Positions 53,258 to 63,903 of a stretch of 64,000 nucleotides of DNA are shown piece by piece (within the stretch, counting starts at the first letter, position 1; each line of letters starts with the position of its first letter). Under the pieces are notes generated by a model, which searched no databases, was not told where the DNA came from, and worked only from the letters and a program-made list of their open reading frames with translations. The translations under genes were made by a program, and so were the position numbers. Source of the stretch: Nitrospirota bacterium (GTDB lineage Bacteria > Nitrospirota > JACRHJ01); contig JAJYHX010000001.1 of NCBI GenBank assembly GCA_021784575.1, positions 539,995-603,994 on the forward strand. Reading direction: 5' to 3'.

Positions 53258-53599
53258 ATGAACCATCCACAGGAAACCGGGCCGCGGGTATTGGACGCAA
53301 ACGAGGAAAGCTTCCATAATCTCGTAATCCACTCCCCTCTGCCCGTGGTGCTGGAGTTCTGGTCGCCCGAGTGTTCCTTCTGCATGAAGATGGCGAAGGT
53401 GCTGGACGCCCTCGCGTCGGAGATGTCGGGGCGCTGCAGGGTCGTCAGGATGAACGTGCTCGAAAACCATTATACGCCCAATAACTTCGGCGTGACGGGC
53501 ATCCCGGCGTTTTTCAGGATAGAGGACGGCAAAGTTGTCGGCAGGGCCGAGGGCGCGATGTCCAAGGGGAGGCTCAAGAAGGCGCTCGGAATACTTTAA
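53258..53599 (+). CDS. thioredoxin-family protein, cytoplasmic, CSFC active site
   Basis: 113 aa with a thioredoxin fold pattern (PVVLEFWSPECSFCMKMAKVLD...GIPAFFRIEDGKVV). Confidence 0.8.
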   Translation: MNHPQETGPRVLDANEESFHNLVIHSPLPVVLEFWSPECSFCMKMAKVLDALASEMSGRCRVVRMNVLENHYTPNNFGVTGIPAFFRIEDGKVVGRAEGAMSKGRLKKALGIL

Positions 53600-53612
53600 G
53601 ACGGGGGGAGAG

Positions 53613-54011
53613 ATGAAAAAATCGTTTCTTACGATTGTTCTAGCCGCGGCGCTCCTTTTCATGGCGCTTGCTTTCGGACAGGCGATGGCGGCCACGGGCG
53701 CCCCGATAAACATATCGGACAGCGAATTCAGTCGGGCCGTGCTTCGCTGTGCTTCACCGGTCGTGGTGGAGTTCTGGTCTCCCAAATGCCCGCACTGTCT
53801 GAGGATGGCGGGCAAGGTCGATGCGCTTGCGAGCGATCTTGCGGGAAGGGTGAAGGTCGCAAAGGTAAACGTGCTCGAAAACCGGTGGCTGACAAGGGAA
53901 TACGGCGTGGAGGTTGTCCCGACTTTCCTGCTTTTTAAAAACGGCAGTGTCGCGGCGAAGGCCTCCGGCGAGATGGAAGAGGCCGACCTGAAAAAGGCGT
54001 TAGGGATATAA
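53613..54011 (+). CDS. thioredoxin-family protein, exported, CPHC active site
   Basis: Trimmed to the ATG at 53613. It has the signal peptide MKKSFLTIVLAAALLFMALAFGQAMA and is paralogous to the upstream gene (PVVVEFWSPKCPHCLRMAGKVD). Confidence 0.8.
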   Translation: MKKSFLTIVLAAALLFMALAFGQAMAATGAPINISDSEFSRAVLRCASPVVVEFWSPKCPHCLRMAGKVDALASDLAGRVKVAKVNVLENRWLTREYGVEVVPTFLLFKNGSVAAKASGEMEEADLKKALGI

Positions 54012-54218
54012 TATTTTAAACGGTATCTCTTCCGAAAGCGCGCCGGCGAGGCCCATGAAATCGGCCTTTAAATCCGGCGCGACAAGGACTTCGAGCAGGC
54101 CGCTTTCAGGGTCCGCCGTCCGCACGACGCCGATGCCGTCGTACGCCTCGATTATGAAGCTCGCGTAGGCTATGCTGCGCTTCTCCGTCTTTACGGTTAT
54201 GACGAGGGAGTCAGGCAT
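54000..54218 (-). CDS. small conserved hypothetical protein (possibly DUF4911-like)
   Basis: 72-aa ORF coupled to accA by an 8-nt overlap. The composition looks protein-like. The family assignment is from memory only. Confidence 0.45.
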   Translation of the reverse strand: MPDSLVITVKTEKRSIAYASFIIEAYDGIGVVRTADPESGLLEVLVAPDLKADFMGLAGALSEEIPFKILYP

Positions 54219-55185
54219 TCTTCGCGCCCGGAGGTGACGTGAGCGAGCCGATGGCGCGGAATTTTGCGTAGCGGTTTGCCGCGAGCTCGTCCGGGGACAT
54301 CGCGCTCAGTTCCGAGAGGTGCTTCTTAAGGGCCTTTTCGATGTTCTTTGCCGCAAGCTCGTAGTCTCTGTGCGCCCCGCCTACCGGTTCCTTTATCACC
54401 TCGTCGATTATGCCGAGCTTCAGGCTGTCCTGCGCGGTGAGCCTCAGTAGCTCCGCCGCGTCGGGGGCCTTCGAGCCGTCCTTCCAGAGGATGGAGGCGC
54501 AGCCCTCCGGCGAGATGACGGAATAAATCGCGTGTTCGAGCATAAGCACGCGGTTTGCGACGCCTATCGCAAGCGCCCCGCCGCTTCCGCCCTCGCCGAT
54601 GACGACCGACACCACCGGCACGCGAAGGCCCGACATGACAAGCAGGTTCCGCGCGATGGCCTCGCTCTGTCCGCGCTCCTCCGCGCCTATGCCGGGATAC
54701 GCGCCCACGGTATCGATTAAGGTGATGATGGGCCGGCCAAACTTTTCGGCGAACTGCATGATCCGAAGCGCCTTTCTGTAACCTTCCGGGAGGGGCTGGC
54801 CGAAGTTCCGCTTCAGCCTGTCCTTGGTTGTCCTGCCCTTGTTGTGGCCGATTATCACCACGGGTGAGCCGTCGAACCACGCCATGCCGCCGATTATCGC
54901 CGGGTCTTCGGCAAATAACCTGTCTCCGTGCATCTCCGTGAAGCCCTGGGTCAGAAGACCTATGTAGTCCTCGGTGTTCGGCCTGTCCTGGTGCCTTGCC
55001 ACCTGGGTCTTCTGCCAGGCGTTAAGGCCGGAGAATATCTTCTCCCGAAGCTCGTCCGCTTTTTTGGAGAGCCTCTTTATCTCGTCTTCCGCGTCCACCT
55101 GTCCGCCCGCGGCCAGCCGGAGGTCCTCTATGCGGCTCTCAAGCTCCGCAAGAGGCTTTTCAAATTCCAGGAAGTTGTATGCCAT
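54211..55185 (-). CDS. accA: acetyl-CoA carboxylase carboxyltransferase subunit alpha
   Basis: 324 aa with LDFEKPLAELE-type N-terminus (FLEFEKPLAELESRIEDL), GRPIITLIDTVGAYPG and VVSVVIGEGGSGGALA. Confidence 0.9.
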   Translation of the reverse strand: MAYNFLEFEKPLAELESRIEDLRLAAGGQVDAEDEIKRLSKKADELREKIFSGLNAWQKTQVARHQDRPNTEDYIGLLTQGFTEMHGDRLFAEDPAIIGGMAWFDGSPVVIIGHNKGRTTKDRLKRNFGQPLPEGYRKALRIMQFAEKFGRPIITLIDTVGAYPGIGAEERGQSEAIARNLLVMSGLRVPVVSVVIGEGGSGGALAIGVANRVLMLEHAIYSVISPEGCASILWKDGSKAPDAAELLRLTAQDSLKLGIIDEVIKEPVGGAHRDYELAAKNIEKALKKHLSELSAMSPDELAANRYAKFRAIGSLTSPPGAKNA

Positions 55186-55192
55186 AATTCTC

Positions 55193-58100
55193 CTATGCGA
55201 ACGATACCGCGCCCGCCCCGAGAAGCCCTTCCACTTCGTCCACCAGAAGCTCCGTCGGGGAGACGGAGAGCTCGCCGCCCGTCTTGAGCGAAAGCGCCGC
55301 GTTCCCGTGCCTGGGCATGTCTATTTTCAGGTAAAGCGGACAGCTGCCTTTGTGCCGGAGGATTACCTCACGGAGCTTTATAAGGTCGTCAGCCGTGGCG
55401 CCTGTCGCGGAGAGCCTTATGTCCACCCTCGTCGTCATCCTCTCGCGGACTTCCGACAGAGGGAGTATCTTCATCGCCCGCAGCTTCACGCCCTTCTCGC
55501 CCCTGTCCACCGTGCCGGTTATGAGAAGCGGGGCGTCTCCTGAAATAAGCGCCTCCGATGCCCTGTACTGTTCCGGAAAGACGATTACCTCCACCGTGCC
55601 CTGGAGGTCTTCCACGGTGAGGTTCGCCATTCTGTCGCCCTTTTTGGTCGTGGCGACTTTCCTTGTCCGCACGACGCACATTATCGCCGTCTCGCGCCCG
55701 TCCGGAAGCTCGGGCAGCTCGGAGCTTGTGTTCCGGGCGAATTTCTTCGCCTCGGCCTCGTACCGCGCAAGGGGATGCCCGGTTACATAAAACCCCATCG
55801 TCTCCTTCTCGAAGGCGAGGAGCGCCGCCTCGTTCCACTCCGCGGCTGCGGGATATTCCTCGTCATTTATTTTCGCTGGGCCGGAGTCCTCAAGCATCAT
55901 GTCGAACATGGAGGTCTGCCCGGCCTGGCGCTCCTTCGCGAGCTGGTTTGCGCCGTCCATAGCCTTGTCGAGCGCCGCCATCATCTTCGGGCGCGAGACG
56001 CCGGTAGAATCGAACGCGCCGCACTTGATAAGCCCCTCGATTACGCGCTTGTTCACCCTCCTTAAATCCACCTTGCGGCAGAAGTCGTAGAGAGACGAAA
56101 ACCCGCCCAGCTCGCTCCGCGCCTGCTTTATGGACTCTATGGCCGAATGGCCGACGTTCTTCACGGCGGCAAGGCCGAAGAGGATTTTACCTTCATCGAC
56201 GGTGAAATACGCGTCCGAGCGGTTCACGTCCGGCGGCATTACGGGTATGCCCATGTCCCGGCAGTCGGAGATATATTTCACGACCTTGTCGGTGTTGTCC
56301 ATCTCCGAGGACAGAAGCGCCGCCATGAACTCCACCTTGTAATGCGCCTTTAAGTATGCGGTCTGGTAGGTGATGAGGGCGTAGGCGGCGGCATGGGACT
56401 TGTTGAAGCCGTATTCGGCGAACTTCTCCATGTTCTCGAACACCGCCTCGGCCTTCTTCGCGGGGATTTTCTTGGCCGCAGCGCCCTGGAGGAACTGCTC
56501 CTTCATCTTCGCCATGACTTCGGGCTTCTTCTTGCCCATCGCCTTCCTTAGCGTATCCGCCTGGCCCAAGCTGAAGCCCGCGAGCTTCACGGCTATCTGC
56601 ATGACCTGTTCCTGGTAGACGATTACGCCGTAGTTGTTCTTCAGTATCTCTTCGAGCTCCGGTGGGTCGTACACTATCTGCTTCGCGCCCCGCCGCCGCT
56701 GGATGTAGTCGTCCACCATACCGCTCTGAAGAGGCCCTGGGCGGTAGAGCGCGTTGACGACTATCAGGTCCTCGAAGCGCTCCGGTTTCATCCTGATAAG
56801 GAGGTCGCGCATACCGGAGGATTCAAACTGGAAGACGCCGTCGGTGTCGCCGGAGGCCAGGAGCTTATATGTGTCCGGGTCCGGCTCGTCGAGCGAGAGA
56901 GACGAAAGCCCGAACGCCTCTTCTTCGGGCGCGCCACGGTTGATGAGCTTTACGGCATTGTCTATGACTGTAAGCGTCCGAAGCCCCAGGAAGTCGAACT
57001 TCACAAGGCCTATCTTCTCTATCTCGTCCTTGGCGTACTGCGTGACAATCGCGCCGTCGGCGTCGCGGTAGAGAGGCGTGTAGTCCGTTAGCGGTTCCTG
57101 AGAGATGACCACGCCGGCGGCGTGCTTCGAGGCATGGCGGGTAAGGCCTTCCAGCGAACCGGCAATCTCGAAGACCTGGGCTATGCGCTGGTCTTCCTTT
57201 ACAAGCTCCCTCAGGCGCGGCTCCTGTGCGAGGGCCTCCTTCAGTGTAATCTTGAGCGCGTCCGGGACGAGCTTTGCCACCTTGTCCACGTCCCCGTACG
57301 GGATGTCGAGCACGCGTCCCACGTCTCGTATTACCCCCTTGGCCAGCATGGTGCCGAAGGTTATTATCTGGGAGACGTGGTCTGCGCCGTATTTCTCCTT
57401 TACGTAACTTATGACCTCGTCCCGGCGGTCCATGCAGAAGTCCATGTCGATATCCGGCATGGATATGCGCTCCGGGTTCAAGAACCTCTCGAAGAGCAGG
57501 TTATACGGCAGAGGGTCTATATCGGTTATCTGAAGCGCGTATGCGGCTATGCTCCCGGCGGCGGAGCCCCTGCCCGGGCCGACGGGAATGCTCCTGCTCC
57601 TGGCGTAGTTTATGACGTCCCAGACAACAAGGAAGTAGCCCGCGAAACCCATGCTCTTGATTATCCGGAGCTCTTCTTCGAGGCGTTTCCAGTAGGCCGC
57701 CGTGTCGCCCTTGACGGTCTTGAGCCGCTTCTCCAGGCCCCGCCGGGCGAGCTCGTCCAGGTAGCCCTCTTTCGTATAGCCGTCCGGGACGACATAGTGC
57801 GGCAGGTGATACTGGTCGAAGTCGAGCTTCAGGTTGCAGCGTTCGGCGATTGTCACCGTGTTCCTTACCGCCTCCGGGTAGAACTCGAACGCGGACTCCA
57901 TCTCGGCGGGGGACTTGAAGTAGAACTCGTCCGTCTGGAAACGCATCCGGGACGGGTCGCTCATGGTCTTGCCGGTCTGGATGCAGAGAAGGGCCTCGTG
58001 GGCCCTGGAGTCGCTCTTTTTAAAATAGTGGCAGTCCGACGTGGCGGCGAGCGGGATGTTCAACTCATGGGAAAGCTCGGCCAGGAGCCGGTTTAGCTCT

Positions 58101-58657
58101 TTCTGTTCTTCGAGGCCGTTGTCCTGTATCTCGAGGTAGAAGTTCTCCGGCCCCAGGATTTCCCTGTATTCGAGCGCAGCCTCCCTTGCGCCGTCTTTGT
58201 CTTTGGCCAGAAGCTTCTTCGGGACCTCGCCCTTCAGGCACGCCGAGAGGCCTATAAGTCCGCCGGAATACTGCCTCAGGGCCTCCTTGTCGATACGGGG
58301 CTTGTAGTAGAAGCCCTCGGTGTATCCGAGGCTTACGAGGCGCATGAGGTTCCTGTAACCGTCGATGTTCCGGGTGAGGAGGATTAAATGATACGCGGAG
58401 TCGTGCGCCCCGCCGGTCTTTTCCGTCCTTGCATTCGGGGCGACATAGCACTCGCAGCCGATAATGGGCTTTACCCCGGCCTTCCGGGCCTTCTGGTAGA
58501 ACTCTATCGCCCCGAACATGTTGCCGTGGTCGGTAATGGCCAGGGCGGGCATACCGTATTCGACGGCGCTGGCTATCAGGTCGTCTATGCGGTTTGCGCC
58601 GTCGAGGAGGCTGTACTGGGTATGGATGTGAAGATGGACAAAGCCCGCGTGATGCAT
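55193..58657 (-). CDS. dnaE: DNA polymerase III subunit alpha
   Basis: Trimmed to the ATG at 58657. It has the PHP domain FVHLHIHTQYSLLDG, the polymerase core and a C-terminal OB-fold region. Confidence 0.95.
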   Translation of the reverse strand: MHHAGFVHLHIHTQYSLLDGANRIDDLIASAVEYGMPALAITDHGNMFGAIEFYQKARKAGVKPIIGCECYVAPNARTEKTGGAHDSAYHLILLTRNIDGYRNLMRLVSLGYTEGFYYKPRIDKEALRQYSGGLIGLSACLKGEVPKKLLAKDKDGAREAALEYREILGPENFYLEIQDNGLEEQKELNRLLAELSHELNIPLAATSDCHYFKKSDSRAHEALLCIQTGKTMSDPSRMRFQTDEFYFKSPAEMESAFEFYPEAVRNTVTIAERCNLKLDFDQYHLPHYVVPDGYTKEGYLDELARRGLEKRLKTVKGDTAAYWKRLEEELRIIKSMGFAGYFLVVWDVINYARSRSIPVGPGRGSAAGSIAAYALQITDIDPLPYNLLFERFLNPERISMPDIDMDFCMDRRDEVISYVKEKYGADHVSQIITFGTMLAKGVIRDVGRVLDIPYGDVDKVAKLVPDALKITLKEALAQEPRLRELVKEDQRIAQVFEIAGSLEGLTRHASKHAAGVVISQEPLTDYTPLYRDADGAIVTQYAKDEIEKIGLVKFDFLGLRTLTVIDNAVKLINRGAPEEEAFGLSSLSLDEPDPDTYKLLASGDTDGVFQFESSGMRDLLIRMKPERFEDLIVVNALYRPGPLQSGMVDDYIQRRRGAKQIVYDPPELEEILKNNYGVIVYQEQVMQIAVKLAGFSLGQADTLRKAMGKKKPEVMAKMKEQFLQGAAAKKIPAKKAEAVFENMEKFAEYGFNKSHAAAYALITYQTAYLKAHYKVEFMAALLSSEMDNTDKVVKYISDCRDMGIPVMPPDVNRSDAYFTVDEGKILFGLAAVKNVGHSAIESIKQARSELGGFSSLYDFCRKVDLRRVNKRVIEGLIKCGAFDSTGVSRPKMMAALDKAMDGANQLAKERQAGQTSMFDMMLEDSGPAKINDEEYPAAAEWNEAALLAFEKETMGFYVTGHPLARYEAEAKKFARNTSSELPELPDGRETAIMCVVRTRKVATTKKGDRMANLTVEDLQGTVEVIVFPEQYRASEALISGDAPLLITGTVDRGEKGVKLRAMKILPLSEVRERMTTRVDIRLSATGATADDLIKLREVILRHKGSCPLYLKIDMPRHGNAALSLKTGGELSVSPTELLVDEVEGLLGAGAVSFA

Positions 58658-58770
58658 AAAAAACCCCTTTTTTGAGCAGGTATATTTATACATCATCCGC
58701 GCGCTTTTATCAAGGGAGAGCGTCCCTAATTAATTTTTTTAAGCGGGCCGCGCCAATCCGGCTTTTTTGT

Positions 58771-58799
58771 TTGACTTTACGAATTGTCGGCCTTAATAT
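58771..58799 (+). promoter_or_regulatory. sigma-70-type promoter upstream of lipA
   Basis: TTGACT (58771-58776), a 17-nt spacer, then TAATAT (58794-58799). Confidence 0.5.
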
Positions 58800-58820
58800 A
58801 ATATTTTCAACAAGATAACC

Positions 58821-59681
58821 GTGATGGACGAGAGAATGCCCGCCTTCGCGCGGAAAAAATACAATATCGGAGATCTGGCGGATGTAAAGGCGAAGCTCCG
58901 CGGGCTTGGCCTGCACACGGTCTGCGAGTCCGCCCGGTGCCCCAATATCGGCGAGTGCTTCAAAAAGCCCACCGCGACGTTCATGATACTGGGGGAGGTC
59001 TGCACCCGCAGGTGCGGTTTCTGCTCGGTAAAAAAAGGGACCGCCGCGCCTCCCGACCCCTCGGAGCCCGAGAATATCGCCGTTGCGGCGGGCAGGCTCG
59101 GGCTAAGGCACGCCGTCATAACCTCCGTCACCAGGGACGACCTCCCCGACGGCGGCGCAGGGCAGTTCGAGGCGGTTATACGAATTTTAAAGAAGGAATT
59201 TCCGCAAATGATCGTCGAGGTCCTGACGCCGGATTTCGGCGGGGACGAAGCGGCGCTTTCGAAGGTGGTCGGGGCCGGGCCCCACATATTCAACCACAAC
59301 CTCGAGACGGTGCCGAGGCTCTATTCCCGCGTGCGGCCCCAGGCGCTCTACGCCCGTTCGCTCGCCGCGCTCAGGAATGCCAAGGCGATGCGCCCGGAGA
59401 TCTACACGAAGTCCGGGATAATGGCGGGCCTGGGCGAGACGGAGGACGAGGTCGTCTCCGTGATGCGGGACTTGAGGGGCGCCGGCTGCGACCTCCTTAC
59501 AATCGGCCAGTATCTAAGACCGTCGAAGGAGAACCTGCCCGTCGAGGAATATGTAAGCCCGGAGACTTTCGAAAGATACGCGGAGGCGGGCAGGCGCATG
59601 GGGTTTCTCTCCGTGGCATCCGCGCCGTTTGTCAGGAGCTCGTATAACGCGGAAGAGGTGTTTTCCGCAATAGGCGGATGA
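58821..59681 (+). CDS. lipA: lipoyl synthase
   Basis: CESARCPNIGECF auxiliary cluster motif and the radical SAM motif CTRRCGFC. Start is GTG 58821 or ATG 58824. Confidence 0.9.
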   Translation: MMDERMPAFARKKYNIGDLADVKAKLRGLGLHTVCESARCPNIGECFKKPTATFMILGEVCTRRCGFCSVKKGTAAPPDPSEPENIAVAAGRLGLRHAVITSVTRDDLPDGGAGQFEAVIRILKKEFPQMIVEVLTPDFGGDEAALSKVVGAGPHIFNHNLETVPRLYSRVRPQALYARSLAALRNAKAMRPEIYTKSGIMAGLGETEDEVVSVMRDLRGAGCDLLTIGQYLRPSKENLPVEEYVSPETFERYAEAGRRMGFLSVASAPFVRSSYNAEEVFSAIGG

Positions 59682-59871
59682 TAAGGATGTATGTTTCCCA
59701 GGTTTATCATCTCACGCTTGGCGTTATAATCGCCCTCGTCGCCGTATTGATTATAGCGAAGAGGTTCGGCGGGAAGGGCGGCGGCGCCGGGAAAGGCGCC
59801 GGGAAAAGAAGCGATAATAACAGGAACAGGGACAGGAACAGGAACAGAAGGAGATAACCGGAGGTGTTGTT

Positions 59872-61044
59872 TTGTACGAGTTCCAGAGGATAAAACGGCT
59901 GCCGCCATACGTCTTCGCCATCGTGAACCAGATGAAGATGGAGGCCAGGAAGCGCGGCGAGGACATAATAGATTTCGGCATGGGCAACCCGGACATGGGC
60001 ACGCCCCAGCACATCGTGGACAAGCTCGTCGAGGCGGCTTACAACCCGAAGAACCACCGCTATTCCGCGAGCCGCGGCATCCCGAAGCTCAGGGCCGCGA
60101 TAGCCGGCTGGTACGGGCGCAGATACGGCGTGGACATCGACCCTGAGACGGAGGCCATCGCGACGATGGGCGCGAAAGAGGGACTCAGCCATCTTGCCCT
60201 CGCGACGATAGAACCCGGCGACATAGTCCTGTCCCCGTCTCCCGCGTACCCGATACACCCGTATTCGGTGGTAATCGCGGGCGGCGAGGTGCGGCACATA
60301 CCGCTTCGGCGGGACTCAGACTTCTTCGAGGACATGCAGGCCGCGTTCCGCCAGGCGTGGCCCGCGCCGAAGATGCTGATAATAAGCTTCCCGAACAACC
60401 CGACCACGGCGACGGTGGATTTGGAGTTCTTCCAGAAGGTTGTCGATTTCGCAAGGGAGCACAAGGTCATGGTAATCCACGACCTCGCGTATGCGGACCT
60501 CGTTTTCGACGGCTACACGGCGCCGAGCTTTCTTCAGGCGAAAGGGGCGAAGGACGTCGGCGTCGAGTTTTTCTCGATGTCCAAGAGCTACAACATGCCG
60601 GGGTGGCGCGTCGGTTTCTGCTGCGGGAACAGGGAGATTGTCGGCGCGCTCCAGAAGATAAAAAGCTATCTCGACTACGGCATGTTCCAGCCTATTCAGA
60701 TAGCCTCGATTGCCGCGCTTAACGGCCCGCAGGACTGTGTCGATGAGATATGCGGCGTCTACAAAAGCCGCCGGGACGCCCTGGTTGACGGGCTTAACAA
60801 AATCGGCTGGGAGATACCGAAGCCGCTCGCGACGATGTTCGTCTGGGCGAGGATACCGAAGAAGTTTGAGCACATGGGCTCGCTCGAGTTCTCGAAGATG
60901 CTCATCGCAAAGGCGAAGGTCGCGGTCTCGCCCGGCATCGGCTTCGGCGAATACGGCGAAGGACGCGTGCGCTTCGCGCTAATCGAGAACGAGCATCGAA
61001 CGAGGCAGGCGATAAAAGGGCTGAAGAAGGCGCTGGGGGAATGA
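59872..61044 (+). CDS. class I/II PLP-dependent aminotransferase (alanine/aspartate aminotransferase-like)
   Basis: TTG start, with [22 protein letters not shown] and the PLP lysine in [16 protein letters not shown]. Confidence 0.85.
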   Translation: MYEFQRIKRLPPYVFAIVNQMKMEARKRGEDIIDFGMGNPDMGTPQHIVDKLVEAAYNPKNHRYSASRGIPKLRAAIAGWYGRRYGVDIDPETEAIATMGAKEGLSHLALATIEPGDIVLSPSPAYPIHPYSVVIAGGEVRHIPLRRDSDFFEDMQAAFRQAWPAPKMLIISFPNNPTTATVDLEFFQKVVDFAREHKVMVIHDLAYADLVFDGYTAPSFLQAKGAKDVGVEFFSMSKSYNMPGWRVGFCCGNREIVGALQKIKSYLDYGMFQPIQIASIAALNGPQDCVDEICGVYKSRRDALVDGLNKIGWEIPKPLATMFVWARIPKKFEHMGSLEFSKMLIAKAKVAVSPGIGFGEYGEGRVRFALIENEHRTRQAIKGLKKALGE

Positions 61045-62348
61045 AAAAAATCGGTATCGGATTAATCGGTCTCGGGACGGTCGGCTCCGGGGTGGTGAAG
61101 CTCCTCGGGGAGAACGCCGGCATCATCTCCCGGCGGCTGGGCGCGGAGGTAACGCTCGTCAAGGCGGCGGACCTCGACGCCTCGCGCGCGAAGGCTTTGA
61201 GAATATCCCATGATGTTTATACGAAAGACGCCCGCAAGGTAATAGACAGTCCCGGCGTGGACATCGTAATCGAGCTTATCGGCGGATACAACCCGGCGAA
61301 GGAGTTCATACTCTCCGCGCTAAAGAACAAAAAGCCCGTCGTCACGGCGAACAAGGCCCTGCTTGCAATGCACGGGGAGGAGATATTCTCCGCGTCGGAG
61401 AAGGCGGGCGCGCCGGTGGGCTTCGAGGCGTCGGTCGGCGGCGGCATACCCATCATAGGCGCGATAAAACAGGGCATCGCGGCGAATAATATCGAATCCA
61501 TTTATGGAATCATAAACGGCACGTCGAACTATATCCTGACGAAGATGACGGACGAGGGGCGCGATTTCGACGACGTCCTCGAAGAAGCCAAGGCCCTGGG
61601 ATATGCCGAGGCGGACCCGACCTTCGACGTGGAGGGAATCGACCCGGCGCACAAGCTCGCGATACTAGCCAACATCGCCTACGGCACGCCGATAAATTTA
61701 CCGGACATCTACACGGAAGGTATCTCGAATATCCTGCCGGAGGACATACGCTACGCGCGTGAGCTCGGTTTCAAGATAAAACTCCTGGCGATTGCCAAAC
61801 TCAAAAACGGAGAGATAGAGGCGCGCGTCCACCCGACAATGCTCCCGGAGGATTATCTGATAGCCAAGGTGGACGGCGTTTTCAATGCGATCTACGTCGT
61901 CGGGGACGCCATGGGGCCGGCGATGTTCTACGGACGCGGCGCGGGCGACATGCCCACTGCCAGCGCAGTCGTGTCTGATATAATAGACATTTCCCGCGAC
62001 ATCCTCTGCGGCGGCATCGGCAGGATGCCCGTCGCGTCGTTTCGGAAAGGTAACAGAAAAAAGCTGTCCGTTATGCCGATAGACAAGGTCCGGTGCCGGT
62101 ATTACATGCGTTTCTCGGCGCTCGACCACCCCGGCGTGCTCTCGAAGATTTCCGGTATCCTCGGCAGGCACGACATCAGCATATCGTCCGTAATCCAGCA
62201 CGGGCGCGGCGCGGGGAGCGCGGTTCCCATTGTCGTTATGACGCACGGGGCGGTCGAGATGAACGTCAGGAAGGCGCTCGGGAAGATCGACGAACTGGAC
62301 GTAATCTCCGCGAAGACGGCGGTGATAAGGGTGGAAGGGGAAGAGTGA
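61041..62348 (+). CDS. hom: homoserine dehydrogenase
   Basis: NAD motif [12 protein letters not shown], the catalytic domain, and a C-terminal ACT domain ([19 protein letters not shown]). Confidence 0.9.
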   Translation: MKKIGIGLIGLGTVGSGVVKLLGENAGIISRRLGAEVTLVKAADLDASRAKALRISHDVYTKDARKVIDSPGVDIVIELIGGYNPAKEFILSALKNKKPVVTANKALLAMHGEEIFSASEKAGAPVGFEASVGGGIPIIGAIKQGIAANNIESIYGIINGTSNYILTKMTDEGRDFDDVLEEAKALGYAEADPTFDVEGIDPAHKLAILANIAYGTPINLPDIYTEGISNILPEDIRYARELGFKIKLLAIAKLKNGEIEARVHPTMLPEDYLIAKVDGVFNAIYVVGDAMGPAMFYGRGAGDMPTASAVVSDIIDISRDILCGGIGRMPVASFRKGNRKKLSVMPIDKVRCRYYMRFSALDHPGVLSKISGILGRHDISISSVIQHGRGAGSAVPIVVMTHGAVEMNVRKALGKIDELDVISAKTAVIRVEGEE

Positions 62349-62370
62349 ACAAACACATGAGACGGAAGAG

Positions 62371-62775
62371 GTGAGCGATATGCCGGCCAAACGCGGGACC
62401 GGAAGCGGCTATGTCCTGATTATCATATCCGCCGTTACGGCGTACGTGCTCAAGACGCGCGTCGAGAATATCTTCGGCTACAGGTATTTTGTCCTGTCCG
62501 GCCATAATATATTCGACCGGCACGGCTTTCGCATCGGCGGCGGGACCTATACGTTTTTATGGGTTGCCGTCATCGTGGTATTTATTGCCGGAATAGGGAT
62601 GATAACAGGCACAATCGGCGGCAGGCCGCCGGCGAATGCCTGGACATCGGACGAAACCTCCGGCGGCGCAAAGAAATGTCCGATGTGCGCCGAGACGGTC
62701 AAGGCCGAGGCCCTTAAATGCAGGCATTGCGGCCATATGTTCGAGATTAGCAAAGACAAACCCGGAGAAAAGTAA
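62371..62775 (+). CDS. membrane protein with C-terminal zinc-ribbon motif
   Basis: 134 aa (GTG 62371 or ATG 62380) with two hydrophobic helices, then [24 protein letters not shown]. Confidence 0.55.
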   Translation: MSDMPAKRGTGSGYVLIIISAVTAYVLKTRVENIFGYRYFVLSGHNIFDRHGFRIGGGTYTFLWVAVIVVFIAGIGMITGTIGGRPPANAWTSDETSGGAKKCPMCAETVKAEALKCRHCGHMFEISKDKPGEK

Positions 62776-63830
62776 TGGCCTGGAGAGGGATAATAGAGGA
62801 ATACAGGGAGTTCATGCCGGTGACGGTCAACACGCCGGTGATTACGCTCCTTGAGGGCAATACGCCGCTCGTGCGGACGAGGAACCTCGCAAAGCTCATC
62901 AACCCGAAGCTCGATATTTACCTGAAGTTCGACGGGGCGAACCCGACGGGCTCCTTCAAGGACAGGGGCATGACGATGGCCATATCCAAGGCCGTCGAGG
63001 ACGGCTCCGGCGCGGTCATCTGCGCGTCAACGGGGAACACGTCCGCCGCCGCCGCCGCGTATGCCGCGCGGGCCGGGATAAAGGCCTTCGTGCTGATACC
63101 GGAGGGCAAGATCGCGCTTGGGAAGCTCGCGCAGGCCATGATGCACGGCGCGCGGGTGATACAGATCGAAGGCAATTTCGACGAGGCCCTGAGAATCGTG
63201 CGGGAGGTGTCCGCGAAGTATCCGATTACGCTCGTGAACTCCGTCAACCCGTACCGCATCGAGGGCCAGACGTCTGCGGCATACGAGATTTGTGACGCCC
63301 TCGGCGGCCCGCCGGACTTTCACGCCCTGCCTGTCGGAAACGCGGGAAACATCAGCGCGTACTGGAAGGGTTACAAAAGATACAGGGATGCGGGGAAGAT
63401 AAACTCGCTGCCGGTAATGACCGGTTTCCAGGCGGCGGGCGCCGCGCCGATTGTCATTGGCCGTCCGGTCGAGAAGCCGGAGACCATAGCCACCGCGATA
63501 CGCATAGGCAACCCGGCGTCGTGGAAGACGGCGGAGGCCGCGAGAGACGAGTCCGGCGGCGTAATCGACATGGTTACGGACGACGAGATTATCGAGGCGT
63601 ATAAACTCGTTGCGGCCACGGAAGGCATATTCTGCGAGCCGGCTTCCGCCGCGAGTATCGCGGGCGTGATAAAACTGAACAACCTCGGCTACTACAAGGG
63701 CGAGGCGCGCATCGTCTGCACGCTCACCGGCCACGGCCTGAAGGACCCGGACACGGCGATAAAGGTATCCGCCAAGCCGCTTTCCATCAAGGGGACGATG
63801 GACGAGGTGATGAAGGCGCTGGGATACTAA
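62775..63830 (+). CDS. thrC: threonine synthase
   Basis: 351 aa with the PLP lysine in [11 protein letters not shown] and [14 protein letters not shown]. It overlaps the upstream stop (TAATG). Confidence 0.9.
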   Translation: MAWRGIIEEYREFMPVTVNTPVITLLEGNTPLVRTRNLAKLINPKLDIYLKFDGANPTGSFKDRGMTMAISKAVEDGSGAVICASTGNTSAAAAAYAARAGIKAFVLIPEGKIALGKLAQAMMHGARVIQIEGNFDEALRIVREVSAKYPITLVNSVNPYRIEGQTSAAYEICDALGGPPDFHALPVGNAGNISAYWKGYKRYRDAGKINSLPVMTGFQAAGAAPIVIGRPVEKPETIATAIRIGNPASWKTAEAARDESGGVIDMVTDDEIIEAYKLVAATEGIFCEPASAASIAGVIKLNNLGYYKGEARIVCTLTGHGLKDPDTAIKVSAKPLSIKGTMDEVMKALGY

Positions 63831-63877
63831 TTACATAAAGGCGCCGCTCTGGAAGGTGTCACTCTGAAATAAAAGGA

Positions 63878-63903
63878 TGTCATTCTGAGCGCAGCGAAGA
63901 ATC
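63878..63903. repeat. REP-like element family 2 copy
   Basis: TGTCATTCTGAGCGCAGCGAAGAATC matches 44259-44284 at 23 of 26 nt. A partial direct copy TGTCACTCTGA lies about 20 nt upstream. Confidence 0.55.
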
